Below, in pieces: positions 38,292 through 47,757 of a stretch of 64,000 bases of DNA. The position numbers were made by a program, and so were the translations under genes. Position 1 is the stretch's first letter; each line of letters starts with the position of its first letter. This DNA comes from Planctomycetota bacterium (lineage in GTDB: Bacteria; Planctomycetota; B15-G4; SIAN01). The stretch spans positions 64,001-128,000 of the forward strand of contig JANNXA010000034.1 in assembly GCA_031409275.1 (NCBI GenBank), written 5' to 3'. The notes under the pieces were generated by a model that worked only from the letters and a program-made list of their open reading frames with translations, was not told the DNA's origin and made no database searches.

Positions 38292-38403
38292 GGGACGACG
38301 GCAGCAGAACGTGCCCCGCCCGGAATGGTTCGCAGGCGAAGGGGCGGGGATTGTAGGCGGCCAGGAAAAGGGCAGCAACACGAACGAAACGTGCGCGAGG
38401 CGA

Positions 38404-39495
38404 TCAGCTCTTCGAGGCGGCGGCTCGGTTCATGCGCGCTCTCCGCTCTTTCGTCCCAGGGATCAGCTGTTCGATCTCGTCATCGAAGAGCTCTTCGGGG
38501 CCAAAGAATGACTCGGCGAGGATTTTGACCACGAAATACTGCTTAGCGCGGTAGTCGCACCGCCCGTTCTGAAGGATCTCTTTGATCTTCGGCGCCGCGT
38601 CCTCGAACGCGAGCTCGCGCCCCGGCTGGCGCGAAAGGACGGTGAAGAGCATCACCGACGCGCTGCCAATCACCGGCGCCGAGAGCTCACCGGGCTCGGC
38701 GGTCCGCGCGAACGCCAGCACGTCTTCGCGCAAGTTCTCCTCATGGTCGAGGTCGTCGATCTTGAGCAGCGAGTAGTCGCCTGGCGCAAGCTCGCCCGCG
38801 GCCGCCTCCAGGCTCGACTTCTCGATCGCTCGCTGTCGCAGCGTCGCGGCCTTGGCCTCGACCGCGGCGCCGTGCACCTCGCGACCGAGCAGCACACGGC
38901 CGAGTTCGACGCGCGTCGGCACCTTGTGCAGCTCCGGGTTGTTCTCCCAGAAGCGGCGGACGTCGTCGGGCCGGGCGATCGTGCAGCGCCGGAACTCGGG
39001 ATCGCTTTGCAGCGACAGCTGCAGCGCAATGCGGCTTTCGGCCTTGCGCCGCATCAGTTCACGCTCGTCGAGCGGGATCGCCGGGTCGGTCCACAGCGAC
39101 CCCCACATGTCACGCGCCTCCTCATCGACGAGCTTGCGCGTGACGACTTCCGCATACATCGGGAAGGCTTTGGCGTGCGCCAGCCAGAGGCGATCGATGA
39201 CGATCTTCTTCGCCTCCTGCATCTGCTCTTCCGGAGTGCGCGGCGCGGCGGGTCGGTCCGGGTCGGCGTTCCTGCGCGAGTCGAGGCGCCACTCGATCAG
39301 CACGTCGCGGATGGTGACGATCTCGTTGTTGACGGCCGCCAGCACGAAGTTGACGTCGATCGGAGTTCCGTCGGGCCGTTTCGGATCGGCCGGCCGCGCG
39401 TCGACGGGCGGCGCCGCTTCCTGCGCGCACGTCGCGTGCGCCGCTGGATCGACGGTGAGCAGGAACAGGACAACGGCCGCGGCAGTGGAACTCAC
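38404..39495 (-). CDS. SurA/PrsA-like peptidyl-prolyl isomerase chaperone
   Basis: Signal peptide, 'LAAVNNEIVT', 'GELSAPV'; coupled downstream of mfd. Confidence 0.7.
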   Translation of the reverse strand: MSSTAAAVVLFLLTVDPAAHATCAQEAAPPVDARPADPKRPDGTPIDVNFVLAAVNNEIVTIRDVLIEWRLDSRRNADPDRPAAPRTPEEQMQEAKKIVIDRLWLAHAKAFPMYAEVVTRKLVDEEARDMWGSLWTDPAIPLDERELMRRKAESRIALQLSLQSDPEFRRCTIARPDDVRRFWENNPELHKVPTRVELGRVLLGREVHGAAVEAKAATLRQRAIEKSSLEAAAGELAPGDYSLLKIDDLDHEENLREDVLAFARTAEPGELSAPVIGSASVMLFTVLSRQPGRELAFEDAAPKIKEILQNGRCDYRAKQYFVVKILAESFFGPEELFDDEIEQLIPGTKERRARMNRAAASKS

Positions 39496-42400
39496 GACTT
39501 GCGATCTCCCATCACGCGCGGTGGCGCAGCTGCCGGCCGCTCTTCGAATTCAGCGAGAAGGTACCGCAGCAGCTCCTCGGGCGTGCGGACTTCGGGCGGC
39601 AGGACCACCATCACGCGCGATCCTTCGACATGGCGCCCCTCGCCACGCCGCAGCCGCAGCTTGCCGAAGCGGTTGTAGTCGCGCACGAACAGCAGCACCT
39701 CGCCGCCGCCGGTGTGGAACACGCGCGCGATGCCGAGCCGCCGGCAGTGCTCCTTCAGCTGGAACATGTCGATCAGGTGCTGCACGGGCGCCGGCGGCCG
39801 CCCGAAGCGATCGCGCATCTCCGTTTGCAGCAGCGCCACCGCCTCGGGGCTGCGCGCCTCGCCGAGCCGCCGCAGGATCTCCATGCGCTGGTGGCTCGAG
39901 CGGACGTACTCGCGCGGCAGGAACGCCGGCAGCCCGATGCCGACGTCGATCTCCTCCGGTTCGGCCGGCAGCTTGTGGCCGCGGCGCTTGGCGATCGACT
40001 TGGCCAGCATGCGGCAATAGAGGTCGTAGCCGATCGACGCGATGTGGCCCGACTGCTCTTTTCCAAGGAGATTGCCGGCGCCGCGGATCTCGAGGTCGCG
40101 GATCGCGATGTCGAAGCCGGCGCCGAGGTGGGACAGCCCTTCGAGCGCCCGCAGTCGCTTGAGCGCGATGGCCGGCAACGGCTTCTTCGGGATGAAGAAG
40201 AGCGCGTACGCCTTGCGGTCGGAACGGCCGATGCGGCCGCGCAGCTGGTGCAGGTCGGCCAATCCCATCAGGTCGGCGCGATCGACCACCAGCGTGTTCA
40301 CCGTCGGGATGTCGATGCCCGCCTCGATGATCGTCGTGCACACCAGCACGTCGATCTCGCGCGCCGCGAACGACAGCGCCACCGACTCGAGCTTGGTGCC
40401 GGGCAGCTGCCCGTGCGCGACGCCGACCCGCGCGCCGGGCACCAACCGCTTCACCTTCGCGGCGACGTCGTAGATCGGCCCGACGCGGTTGAACAGGTAG
40501 ATCACCTGCCCCTCGCGCTCGAGCTCGCGCTCGATGGCGGCGCGCACCAGCTCATCGTCCTCGTAGGTGACGCGCGTCTCGACTGGCAGGCGTCCGCGCG
40601 GCGGCTCGCGCAACGTCGAGATGTCGCGCAATCCCACCAGCGCCATGTGCAGCGTGCGCGGGATCGGCGTCGCGGAGAGCGTCAGCACGTCGACCGTCGT
40701 CTTCAGCTTCTTCAGCGCTTCCTTGTGCTTGACGCCGAAACGCTGCTCCTCGTCGATCACCAGCAGCCCGAGGTCCTTGAACGAGACCTTGCTCGACAGC
40801 AGCCGATGGGAACCGATCGCGACATCGACGTGGCCCTGCCGCAGCCCCTCGATCACCTCGCGCGACTTCTTCGGCGGAGTGAGGCGCGACAACGCCTCGA
40901 CGCGCAGCGGATAGTCGGCCATGCGGTTCTTGAACGTCTCCGCGTGCTGGCGGACCAGCAGCGTGGTGGGGGCGAGGACCGCGACCTGCTTGCCCTGCGT
41001 CGCCGCCTTGAAGACCGCGCGAATCGCCACTTCGGTCTTGCCGAAGCCGACGTCGCCGCACAGCAGCCGATCCATCGCGCGCGGCAGCTGCATGTCGCGC
41101 TTGATCTCTTCCGAGGCGCCGACCTGGTCGTGCGTGTCGGCGTAGGGGAACGAGGCGTCGAACTCCGCCTGCATCTCGTCATCCGGGGCGTAGGCGTGGC
41201 CCGGCCGCGTCTTGCGCTGCGCCTGCAGCTCGAGCAGCTCCTCCGACATGTCGTCGAGCGCGTTCTCGACGTCCGCCTTCTTTCGCGCCCACGATTTGCC
41301 GCCGACCTTGTCGAGCTTCGGAGCGCTGCCGCCGGCGCCGATGTAGCGGCTGACCAGATCGATCTTCGAGGCCGGCACGTAGAGCAGCGTCGCCTCCTCG
41401 AACTCGAGTTCGAGGTAGTCCTCGGTGCCGCCCTCCTGCTTCATCTCCTTCATGCCGCGGAAGAGCGCGACGCCGTGCGTCTGGTGCACGACGAATTCGC
41501 CCGGCGTCAGCTCGAGCATCTCGCGGATCGGGCGCGCCGCCGTCGCGCGCAGTTCGGAGACGCGCTGCAGTCGTGTGCGGCCGAGCAGCTCGTGGTGATT
41601 GCCCGCCCACACTCCCGCCGCCGCGCACCAGAAGCCGGCCGCGAGACCGCCGCGCGCGTCGACGATGCTGCGCCGCGGCGAGGCGGGAAGATGGGCGCGC
41701 AGCAGCGTCGTGATGCGGCGCCCCTCGGCCGCGGTGGCCGAGTAGATCACGAGCTTGTCGATGGCGGCATCGAGCCGATCGCAGAAGCGTCCGAGCTCGT
41801 GGATGCCGCCAGCGCCTTCGACCGGGCGCGCCAACAGCGACTGGTCGGCTCCCGCGTGAAGCTCGGGATGGAGGTCGATGCGCGGCAGCGTGGCGGCGCG
41901 CGCCAACGCCTGTTGCCAGTCGCCCGCGCGTCCCGGCTGCTCCTCCGCCACTTTCGCGACCGCGAGCTCGTGCGCGACCGGATCGATGCGCACGCACAGC
42001 GGAGGCTCGGCGAAATGGTCCTGCGCGGTGAAGCGGCGCACGCCCGCCGCCTCCGACTGCTGCACCAACCGCGTCGCCGTCGGCGTGCCGATCAGCTCGA
42101 CCTCGAGCAGTTCGCCGGTCGACCGCTGCGACTCCGGATCGAACGCGCGCAGCGACTCGATCTCGTCGTCGAAGAGTTCGAGGCGCGTCGGTCGGGTCGC
42201 TCCGTACGGAAAGAAATCGACGATGTCGCCGCGGAACGACACTTCGCCGGGAGCGGAGACCAGCGGGGCGGGTTCGAGACCGCTGGCGTAGAGGCGCCGC
42301 CGAAGCTCCTCGCGGTCGATGCGCTGCCGCGCCTTCAGCACGAGGTGTTCGCTGCGCGGCGCCGTCGGATCGCCCGCCGAGTCGGCGAGTGCCGCCAGCG

Positions 42401-42755
42401 ACGCGAGCACCACGCGCACGCCGTTCGGATCGCGCAGCTGCGCCAGCGCCTTCTCGCGCTCGCTCTTGTTGCGGCGCGCTTCCGGCGTGCCCGCTTCGAA
42501 GCGTTCGAGCTCCGGCAGGCGCGCCATCGTGATGCCCGGCGCCAGCAGCGGCCAGTCGAGCTCGACATCCTTCGCGTCGCTGGCGCGCGCCGTGACCAGC
42601 AGCAGCCGCACGTTCGCGGCGTTGGCGAGCGCTGCCGTGAACCAGGTGGCGGCCGAGCCGTGAACTTCGCTGACGCTCGCGCTCGCGCGTTCGCCGCGCG
42701 CCACCGCCAGCAACGCCGGTGCGATCTCGGGTCGTGGCAAGGCAGGAGCGCTCAT
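39492..42755 (-). CDS. mfd: Transcription-repair coupling factor
   Basis: RID 'VVHQTHGVALF', CGDVGFGKTEVA, DEEQRFG, SATPIPRT, QLRGRIGRS, DLEIRGAGNLLG. Confidence 0.97.
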   Translation of the reverse strand: MSAPALPRPEIAPALLAVARGERASASVSEVHGSAATWFTAALANAANVRLLLVTARASDAKDVELDWPLLAPGITMARLPELERFEAGTPEARRNKSEREKALAQLRDPNGVRVVLASLAALADSAGDPTAPRSEHLVLKARQRIDREELRRRLYASGLEPAPLVSAPGEVSFRGDIVDFFPYGATRPTRLELFDDEIESLRAFDPESQRSTGELLEVELIGTPTATRLVQQSEAAGVRRFTAQDHFAEPPLCVRIDPVAHELAVAKVAEEQPGRAGDWQQALARAATLPRIDLHPELHAGADQSLLARPVEGAGGIHELGRFCDRLDAAIDKLVIYSATAAEGRRITTLLRAHLPASPRRSIVDARGGLAAGFWCAAAGVWAGNHHELLGRTRLQRVSELRATAARPIREMLELTPGEFVVHQTHGVALFRGMKEMKQEGGTEDYLELEFEEATLLYVPASKIDLVSRYIGAGGSAPKLDKVGGKSWARKKADVENALDDMSEELLELQAQRKTRPGHAYAPDDEMQAEFDASFPYADTHDQVGASEEIKRDMQLPRAMDRLLCGDVGFGKTEVAIRAVFKAATQGKQVAVLAPTTLLVRQHAETFKNRMADYPLRVEALSRLTPPKKSREVIEGLRQGHVDVAIGSHRLLSSKVSFKDLGLLVIDEEQRFGVKHKEALKKLKTTVDVLTLSATPIPRTLHMALVGLRDISTLREPPRGRLPVETRVTYEDDELVRAAIERELEREGQVIYLFNRVGPIYDVAAKVKRLVPGARVGVAHGQLPGTKLESVALSFAAREIDVLVCTTIIEAGIDIPTVNTLVVDRADLMGLADLHQLRGRIGRSDRKAYALFFIPKKPLPAIALKRLRALEGLSHLGAGFDIAIRDLEIRGAGNLLGKEQSGHIASIGYDLYCRMLAKSIAKRRGHKLPAEPEEIDVGIGLPAFLPREYVRSSHQRMEILRRLGEARSPEAVALLQTEMRDRFGRPPAPVQHLIDMFQLKEHCRRLGIARVFHTGGGEVLLFVRDYNRFGKLRLRRGEGRHVEGSRVMVVLPPEVRTPEELLRYLLAEFEERPAAAPPRVMGDRKS

Positions 42756-42819
42756 CGCGGCACGCTACCATCCGCGCTCGACGACGAGGCGCAGTGCAAG
42801 AGCCGCGGCGAGGGCCACC

Positions 42820-44931
42820 ATGACGACGTTGGGACGACTCGTGACGGGCGCGCTGCTGGGCTTCGCCGCGTGGCCTGCGTCCGCACGCGCGCAGGCGGGT
42901 GGCGACGAATCGAGCCTGATCGCCGCGATCGAGTCGGCGCGCGATGACGCCGACGTCGAGCAGCTCGCGCAGCTCGCGATGAAGAAGACGCCAACCGCCG
43001 CCAAGGCGCTGGTCGCCTTCTACGGCAACCTCGCCAGCATCTGGATGAAGCGCGAAGTGCTGCGCGCGCTTGGCCAGTTCGACGGCGCCGGCGAGGCGGC
43101 CGCGCCCGCGCTCGATCACGTGGCGACGGTTGCCGCCAACGCCACCGAACCGGAGCTGCGCGACGCCGCGTTCGAGGCGCTCGCCCAATGCACCCGGCTG
43201 GGGCCCGCCTACCTCGCCAAGGTGGTCGAGCTGCCGGTGCAGGATCAGGTGCGCGAGCGCGCGCTCGCGCTGCACGGGAAGCTCGCCGACCCGAAAGCGA
43301 ACGAGGAGTGGTATCGCAAGCTCTACAGCGACGAGAAGCTGCCGAAGAAGTTGCGCGAGCGCGCCTTCGAGGCGCTGGTGAAAGGGATGAAGGACGCCGA
43401 GCTGATCAAGGCGTTCAAGGACCTCCACGATGGCACGCTGCGACGACTCGCGCTGGAGGCGTTGGCCACGCGCGACGTGGCCGCCACCGCGGACCTCGCG
43501 CTCGACACGCTGAAGCAGGTGAATGCGTTGCCGACCGATCGTGCCGCGGCGGCGCGCGTGCTCGCGGAGAAGAAAGGGGCGAAGGCGGCCGACGTGCTGA
43601 TCGAGATCGGCCTGACGCAGGCCACCACCGGCGAGCATCTGCGCGAGGCGGTGGCGACGCTGCTCGCCGAGATGAAGGACGAAGGGGTCGACAAGCGTCT
43701 CGCCGGCCTGCTCGGCAAGGGCAAGCCGCACGAGAAGCTCTTCGCGCTCCACGCGACGCGCCACTTGCTGCTCGCCGACGACAAGCTGCGCAAGAAGGTG
43801 CGCGCGCAGATCGACGACAAGGATGTCGAGGTGCGCCAGCTCGCCATCCGCTTGCTGGGCGAGGCGCGCGACGTCGAGGTCGCCGCGGATCTCGACAAGG
43901 TGCTGGCGAAGAGCAAGGAGCGTGGCGACCTGCCGGTCGTCGTCGCGGCGCTCACCGCGATCCGCGCCGGCGAAGAGGGATGGCGCAAGAAGCTGCTCGA
44001 GTTCGCAGCGGGCGCCGACCGCGATCTGCGCAACGGCGCGTTGCAGTCGCTCTCCGCCGCGCCGCAGGCCGCCGACCTTCCGCTCTATCGGCAGGCCTTG
44101 ACGCACGCGGACTGGTCGACGCGCCTCATCGCGCTGGCCGCGATCGAGAAGCTGCGCGATCGCGACAGCGTCGGCGACGTCGTGGCGCAGATGCAGAAAG
44201 AGGACGGGCGCACGCAGGCGGAGTTCGGCGCGGCGCTCTTCCGCCTCACCGGCGAGCTGCACGAGACCGACGCGGCGACCTGGAAGAAGTGGTGGGAGGG
44301 GCCGGGCCGCTCGCTGCCGTTGATCAGCGCCGCCGACCTCGAGAAGAAGGTCGCCGAGCGTGAACGCAAGCGCCTGAAGCAGACGACCGTCGCCCGCTTC
44401 TTTGGCGTCAAGATCGACTCGCACAAGGTCACCTTCGTCGTCGACATCTCCGGTTCGATGGCGGAGCAGTTGCAGAGCACCATCACCGATGGCCGCCCGG
44501 CGACGCGCATGGACGTGGTGAAGCGCGAACTGGTGAAGGCGATCGAGGCGCTCGAGGCCGGCGCCTGGTTCAACGTCGTCACCTTCAACGCCGCGGTCGC
44601 GCCCTGGAAGCCCGCCTTGACGCCGCTCACCGACAAGAGCCGCGCCGAGGCGATCGACTACGTCGAACATCTCGGCTCGCGCGGCGGCACCAACATCTAC
44701 GACGCGCTCGAAGCGGTCTTCCTCGACCCGGAGGTCGACACCGTCTTCCTGCTGACCGACGGCGAGCCGAGCGCCGGCGCCGTCACCGACCTGCAGCGCA
44801 TCCGCGAGCACCTCGCCCGCTGGAATTCGACGCGCCACGTGAAGCTGCACTGCATCGGCGTCGGCGGCGACTTCCCGCTGCTCGAGTGGCTCGCGCTCGA
44901 CGCGGGCGGGACCTACACGAAGTTCAACTGA
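42820..44931 (+). CDS. Secreted HEAT-repeat protein with C-terminal VWA domain
   Basis: Signal peptide, HEAT-like repeats, MIDAS 'DISGSM', 'GGTNIYDAL', 'LLTDGEP'. Confidence 0.85.
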   Translation: MTTLGRLVTGALLGFAAWPASARAQAGGDESSLIAAIESARDDADVEQLAQLAMKKTPTAAKALVAFYGNLASIWMKREVLRALGQFDGAGEAAAPALDHVATVAANATEPELRDAAFEALAQCTRLGPAYLAKVVELPVQDQVRERALALHGKLADPKANEEWYRKLYSDEKLPKKLRERAFEALVKGMKDAELIKAFKDLHDGTLRRLALEALATRDVAATADLALDTLKQVNALPTDRAAAARVLAEKKGAKAADVLIEIGLTQATTGEHLREAVATLLAEMKDEGVDKRLAGLLGKGKPHEKLFALHATRHLLLADDKLRKKVRAQIDDKDVEVRQLAIRLLGEARDVEVAADLDKVLAKSKERGDLPVVVAALTAIRAGEEGWRKKLLEFAAGADRDLRNGALQSLSAAPQAADLPLYRQALTHADWSTRLIALAAIEKLRDRDSVGDVVAQMQKEDGRTQAEFGAALFRLTGELHETDAATWKKWWEGPGRSLPLISAADLEKKVAERERKRLKQTTVARFFGVKIDSHKVTFVVDISGSMAEQLQSTITDGRPATRMDVVKRELVKAIEALEAGAWFNVVTFNAAVAPWKPALTPLTDKSRAEAIDYVEHLGSRGGTNIYDALEAVFLDPEVDTVFLLTDGEPSAGAVTDLQRIREHLARWNSTRHVKLHCIGVGGDFPLLEWLALDAGGTYTKFN

Positions 44932-45098
44932 GCCGCCGAATCGAGGATCCGGTGCCAGCGCGAGGGTCTCGAACGGTCGGACGCTGATCCGCTGGCAACA
45001 TCGATTCCAGCTGGTCGGACCCAAGCGCCGAACTCGCGATAGCCTCGTCCGCGCGGCGTCAACGTCGCCGCCCCCCCCTCGCTCCGGAGTCGAACGAG

Positions 45099-47387
45099 AT
45101 GTCGCCGCTTCCCGCGCTCGGGTTCCTGTTGTCGGCGATCTTGCAGGTGCCGCCGCCCACCGACGAACCCGCGCCGAATCCTGCGTCCGTGCCGCTGCAA
45201 TCCGCCGGCACGCTGCGGATGGTCGAACTGCTGAGACAGTGCACCGCGCGCGTCGATCCGCAGAAGGCGCCGTACATGAACGATGTGCGCGTGCCGTTGA
45301 TCCGCGCTTCCGTTGCGACCGCGTCGAATCCGGGCGAGAAGCGCCGCCTGCGCGAGGTGCTCGGCTACGAGCTGCTGCTGAACGGCGAGACCCAGGCGGG
45401 GATCGACGAGCTCACGTCGCTTCGCGCGGAGTACCTCGCGAAGAATCCGCCGAACGCCGCGACCAAGCTGCCAGGGATCCGCAGCTTGCTCGCGATCGCC
45501 TGGATGCGGCTTGGCGAGCAGGAGAACTGCCTCGCCAATCACGGCCCCGACAGCTGCCTCGCTCCGCTCCAGGGCGGCGGCATCCACGCTTTTCCGCGCG
45601 GAGCGGAGAACGCGTTGAGGGAGCTCACGGACGCCCTGCACGACACGCCGGACGACCTCGGCGCGCGCTGGATCTACAACGTCGCGTCGATGCAGCTCGG
45701 GCGCTGGCCGGATCAGGTCCCGAAGGAACTGCTGGTCCCGGCGGCTGCGTTCGCGTCGGACTGCGACTTCCCGCGCTTCTTCGACGTGGCGCCGCGACTC
45801 GGGCTCGACACCGTCACGGGCGCGGGGGGCGCGATCGCAGAGGACTTCGACCGCGACGGCTTCATCGACGTCTTGTGCTCCGGATTCGGTCTGAGCGAGC
45901 AGCTCCGCGTCTTCCGCAACAACGGCGATGGAACCTTCACCGACCGGACGAAGGCGGCGGGACTCGAAGGGCTCTTCGGCGGCTTCAACTGCCTCGACTT
46001 CGACTTCGACAATGACGGCTTCGTCGACGTCATCGTGCCGCGCGGCGCGTGGTTTCGTGGCGAGGGCAAGTTCCCGAAGTCGCTGCTGCGCAACCGCGGC
46101 GACTTCACCTTCGAGGACGTGACCGAACAGGCGGGAATGCTCACGTTCGCTCCCTGCCAGAAGGCGTGCGTCGGCGACTTCGATGGCGATGGGTGGCTCG
46201 ACCTCTACTACGGGTGCGAGTACAGCAAGGACGCTCCGATCTCGCCCGAGCTCTGGTGGAACCAGCGCAATGGCACGTTCCAGAATGTCGCGACCGAGGT
46301 CGGGCTCAACCCCAAGCTCTTCATCAAGGGCTGCGCCGCCGGCGACTACGACAATGACGGACGCATCGATCTCTACTCGTCGGTGCTCGGCGCGAAGAAC
46401 CACCTGTTCCGCAACGAGCCCGTGGTCGCGCCGGCCGGCCGCCCGAATTTCCGCTTCCGCGACGTGACCGTCGAGGCCGGCATCCCCGACTTCCAGGACA
46501 ACTTCACGACGTGGTTCTTCGACTACGACAACGATGGATTCCTCGACATCGCGACTTGCGGCTACACGGTCCTGAACGACAAGGCGCCCGCCGACGTCGC
46601 CCGTCTCTACCTCGGCATGCCGACGACCGGTGACCGGTTCCACCTCTATCGCAATCGCGGAAACTCGACCTTCGAGGACGTCTCGCGCGCGATGGGCGTC
46701 GATCGCTCGATCCTCTCGATGGGCGCCAACTTCGGTGACATCGACAACGACGGTTGGCTCGACTTCTACATCGGTACCGGCGATCCCGACCTGCGCACGC
46801 TCATGCCGAACAAGATGTTCCGGAACGACGGCGGCAAGCGGTTCCAGGACGTGACAAGCGCCGGCGGCTTCGGCCATCTGCAGAAGGGCCACGGCGTCGT
46901 CTTCGCCGACTTCGACAACGACGGCGATCAGGACCTCTACCACTCGCTGGGCGGCACCTACACCGGCGACAAGTACCAGCACGTCCTCTTCGAGAATCCG
47001 GGGTTTCCCGGCAACCACTGGATCACGATCGAACTGCGCGGAGTGAAGTCGAACCGCTACGGCGTCGGGACGCGAGTCGCGATCACGGTGGCGACGCCGG
47101 CCGGCTCGCGCGTGATCCACGTCGTCGGCGGCACCGGCAGCGATTTCGGCGGCAACTCGCTGCAGCTCGAGATCGGACTCGGCGATGCGACGGCGATCGA
47201 GAAGATCGAGCTTTTCTGGCCAGCGTCCGGCATCCGCCAGTCGATCCCTGGCAACGCCGTCGGCCTCACCTTGGATGAGAAGATCCTGATCGAGGAGGGC
47301 GACGACACGGTCGTGCCCGTCCCGATGAAACGGATCGATCTTTCGCCCGACGACGCGCCGCCGACCGAGCACCACCACCACCACTGA
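45099..47387 (+). CDS. ASPIC/UnbV (CRTAC1-like) FG-GAP propeller protein with N-terminal helical Cys/His domain and C-terminal His5
   Basis: 'GEQENCLANHGPDSC', DxDxDG repeats, 'GHLQKGHG', ASPIC-UnbV tail, ends in EHHHHH. Confidence 0.9.
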   Translation: MSPLPALGFLLSAILQVPPPTDEPAPNPASVPLQSAGTLRMVELLRQCTARVDPQKAPYMNDVRVPLIRASVATASNPGEKRRLREVLGYELLLNGETQAGIDELTSLRAEYLAKNPPNAATKLPGIRSLLAIAWMRLGEQENCLANHGPDSCLAPLQGGGIHAFPRGAENALRELTDALHDTPDDLGARWIYNVASMQLGRWPDQVPKELLVPAAAFASDCDFPRFFDVAPRLGLDTVTGAGGAIAEDFDRDGFIDVLCSGFGLSEQLRVFRNNGDGTFTDRTKAAGLEGLFGGFNCLDFDFDNDGFVDVIVPRGAWFRGEGKFPKSLLRNRGDFTFEDVTEQAGMLTFAPCQKACVGDFDGDGWLDLYYGCEYSKDAPISPELWWNQRNGTFQNVATEVGLNPKLFIKGCAAGDYDNDGRIDLYSSVLGAKNHLFRNEPVVAPAGRPNFRFRDVTVEAGIPDFQDNFTTWFFDYDNDGFLDIATCGYTVLNDKAPADVARLYLGMPTTGDRFHLYRNRGNSTFEDVSRAMGVDRSILSMGANFGDIDNDGWLDFYIGTGDPDLRTLMPNKMFRNDGGKRFQDVTSAGGFGHLQKGHGVVFADFDNDGDQDLYHSLGGTYTGDKYQHVLFENPGFPGNHWITIELRGVKSNRYGVGTRVAITVATPAGSRVIHVVGGTGSDFGGNSLQLEIGLGDATAIEKIELFWPASGIRQSIPGNAVGLTLDEKILIEEGDDTVVPVPMKRIDLSPDDAPPTEHHHHH

Positions 47388-47637
47388 TCACCGGCACGGC
47401 GCGATCGCTGCACGCCAACGCGGTGTGAAGACGTCGCGCAGTCGACTCGATCCATCCCGCTCGCCCGCCTCGGCTTCGCGAGGTTCGGGCCGATGCGAAG
47501 CAACGACCTCGCCATCGCGAGCGCCGTCGTCACGTCGTTCCTTCACGTGCCGTTGATCGTCTCTTTGCGCGCGCCCGCGATCCTTCACCATCGATGAAGG
47601 CCGGCCTGCGGCGTCGATCCACGCGATGCGCTGCAAC

Positions 47638-47681
47638 CCTCACGCGCTCTTCATCACGCCTCCACACCGTTGGCCTAGGTT
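47638..47681 (+). promoter_or_regulatory. Candidate PhoB/OmpR-type direct-repeat box with -10 element
   Basis: CCTCAC, CTTCAT and CTCCAC at exact 11-nt spacing (47638, 47649, 47660), then TAGGTT. Confidence 0.4.
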
Positions 47682-47757
47682 CCTGCGCCATCGGAGATCC
47701 AGGCGAGATCGGCTCCCGCGGACTCCGGTTTGAGACCTCAGCTCGAGGAGACATCCG

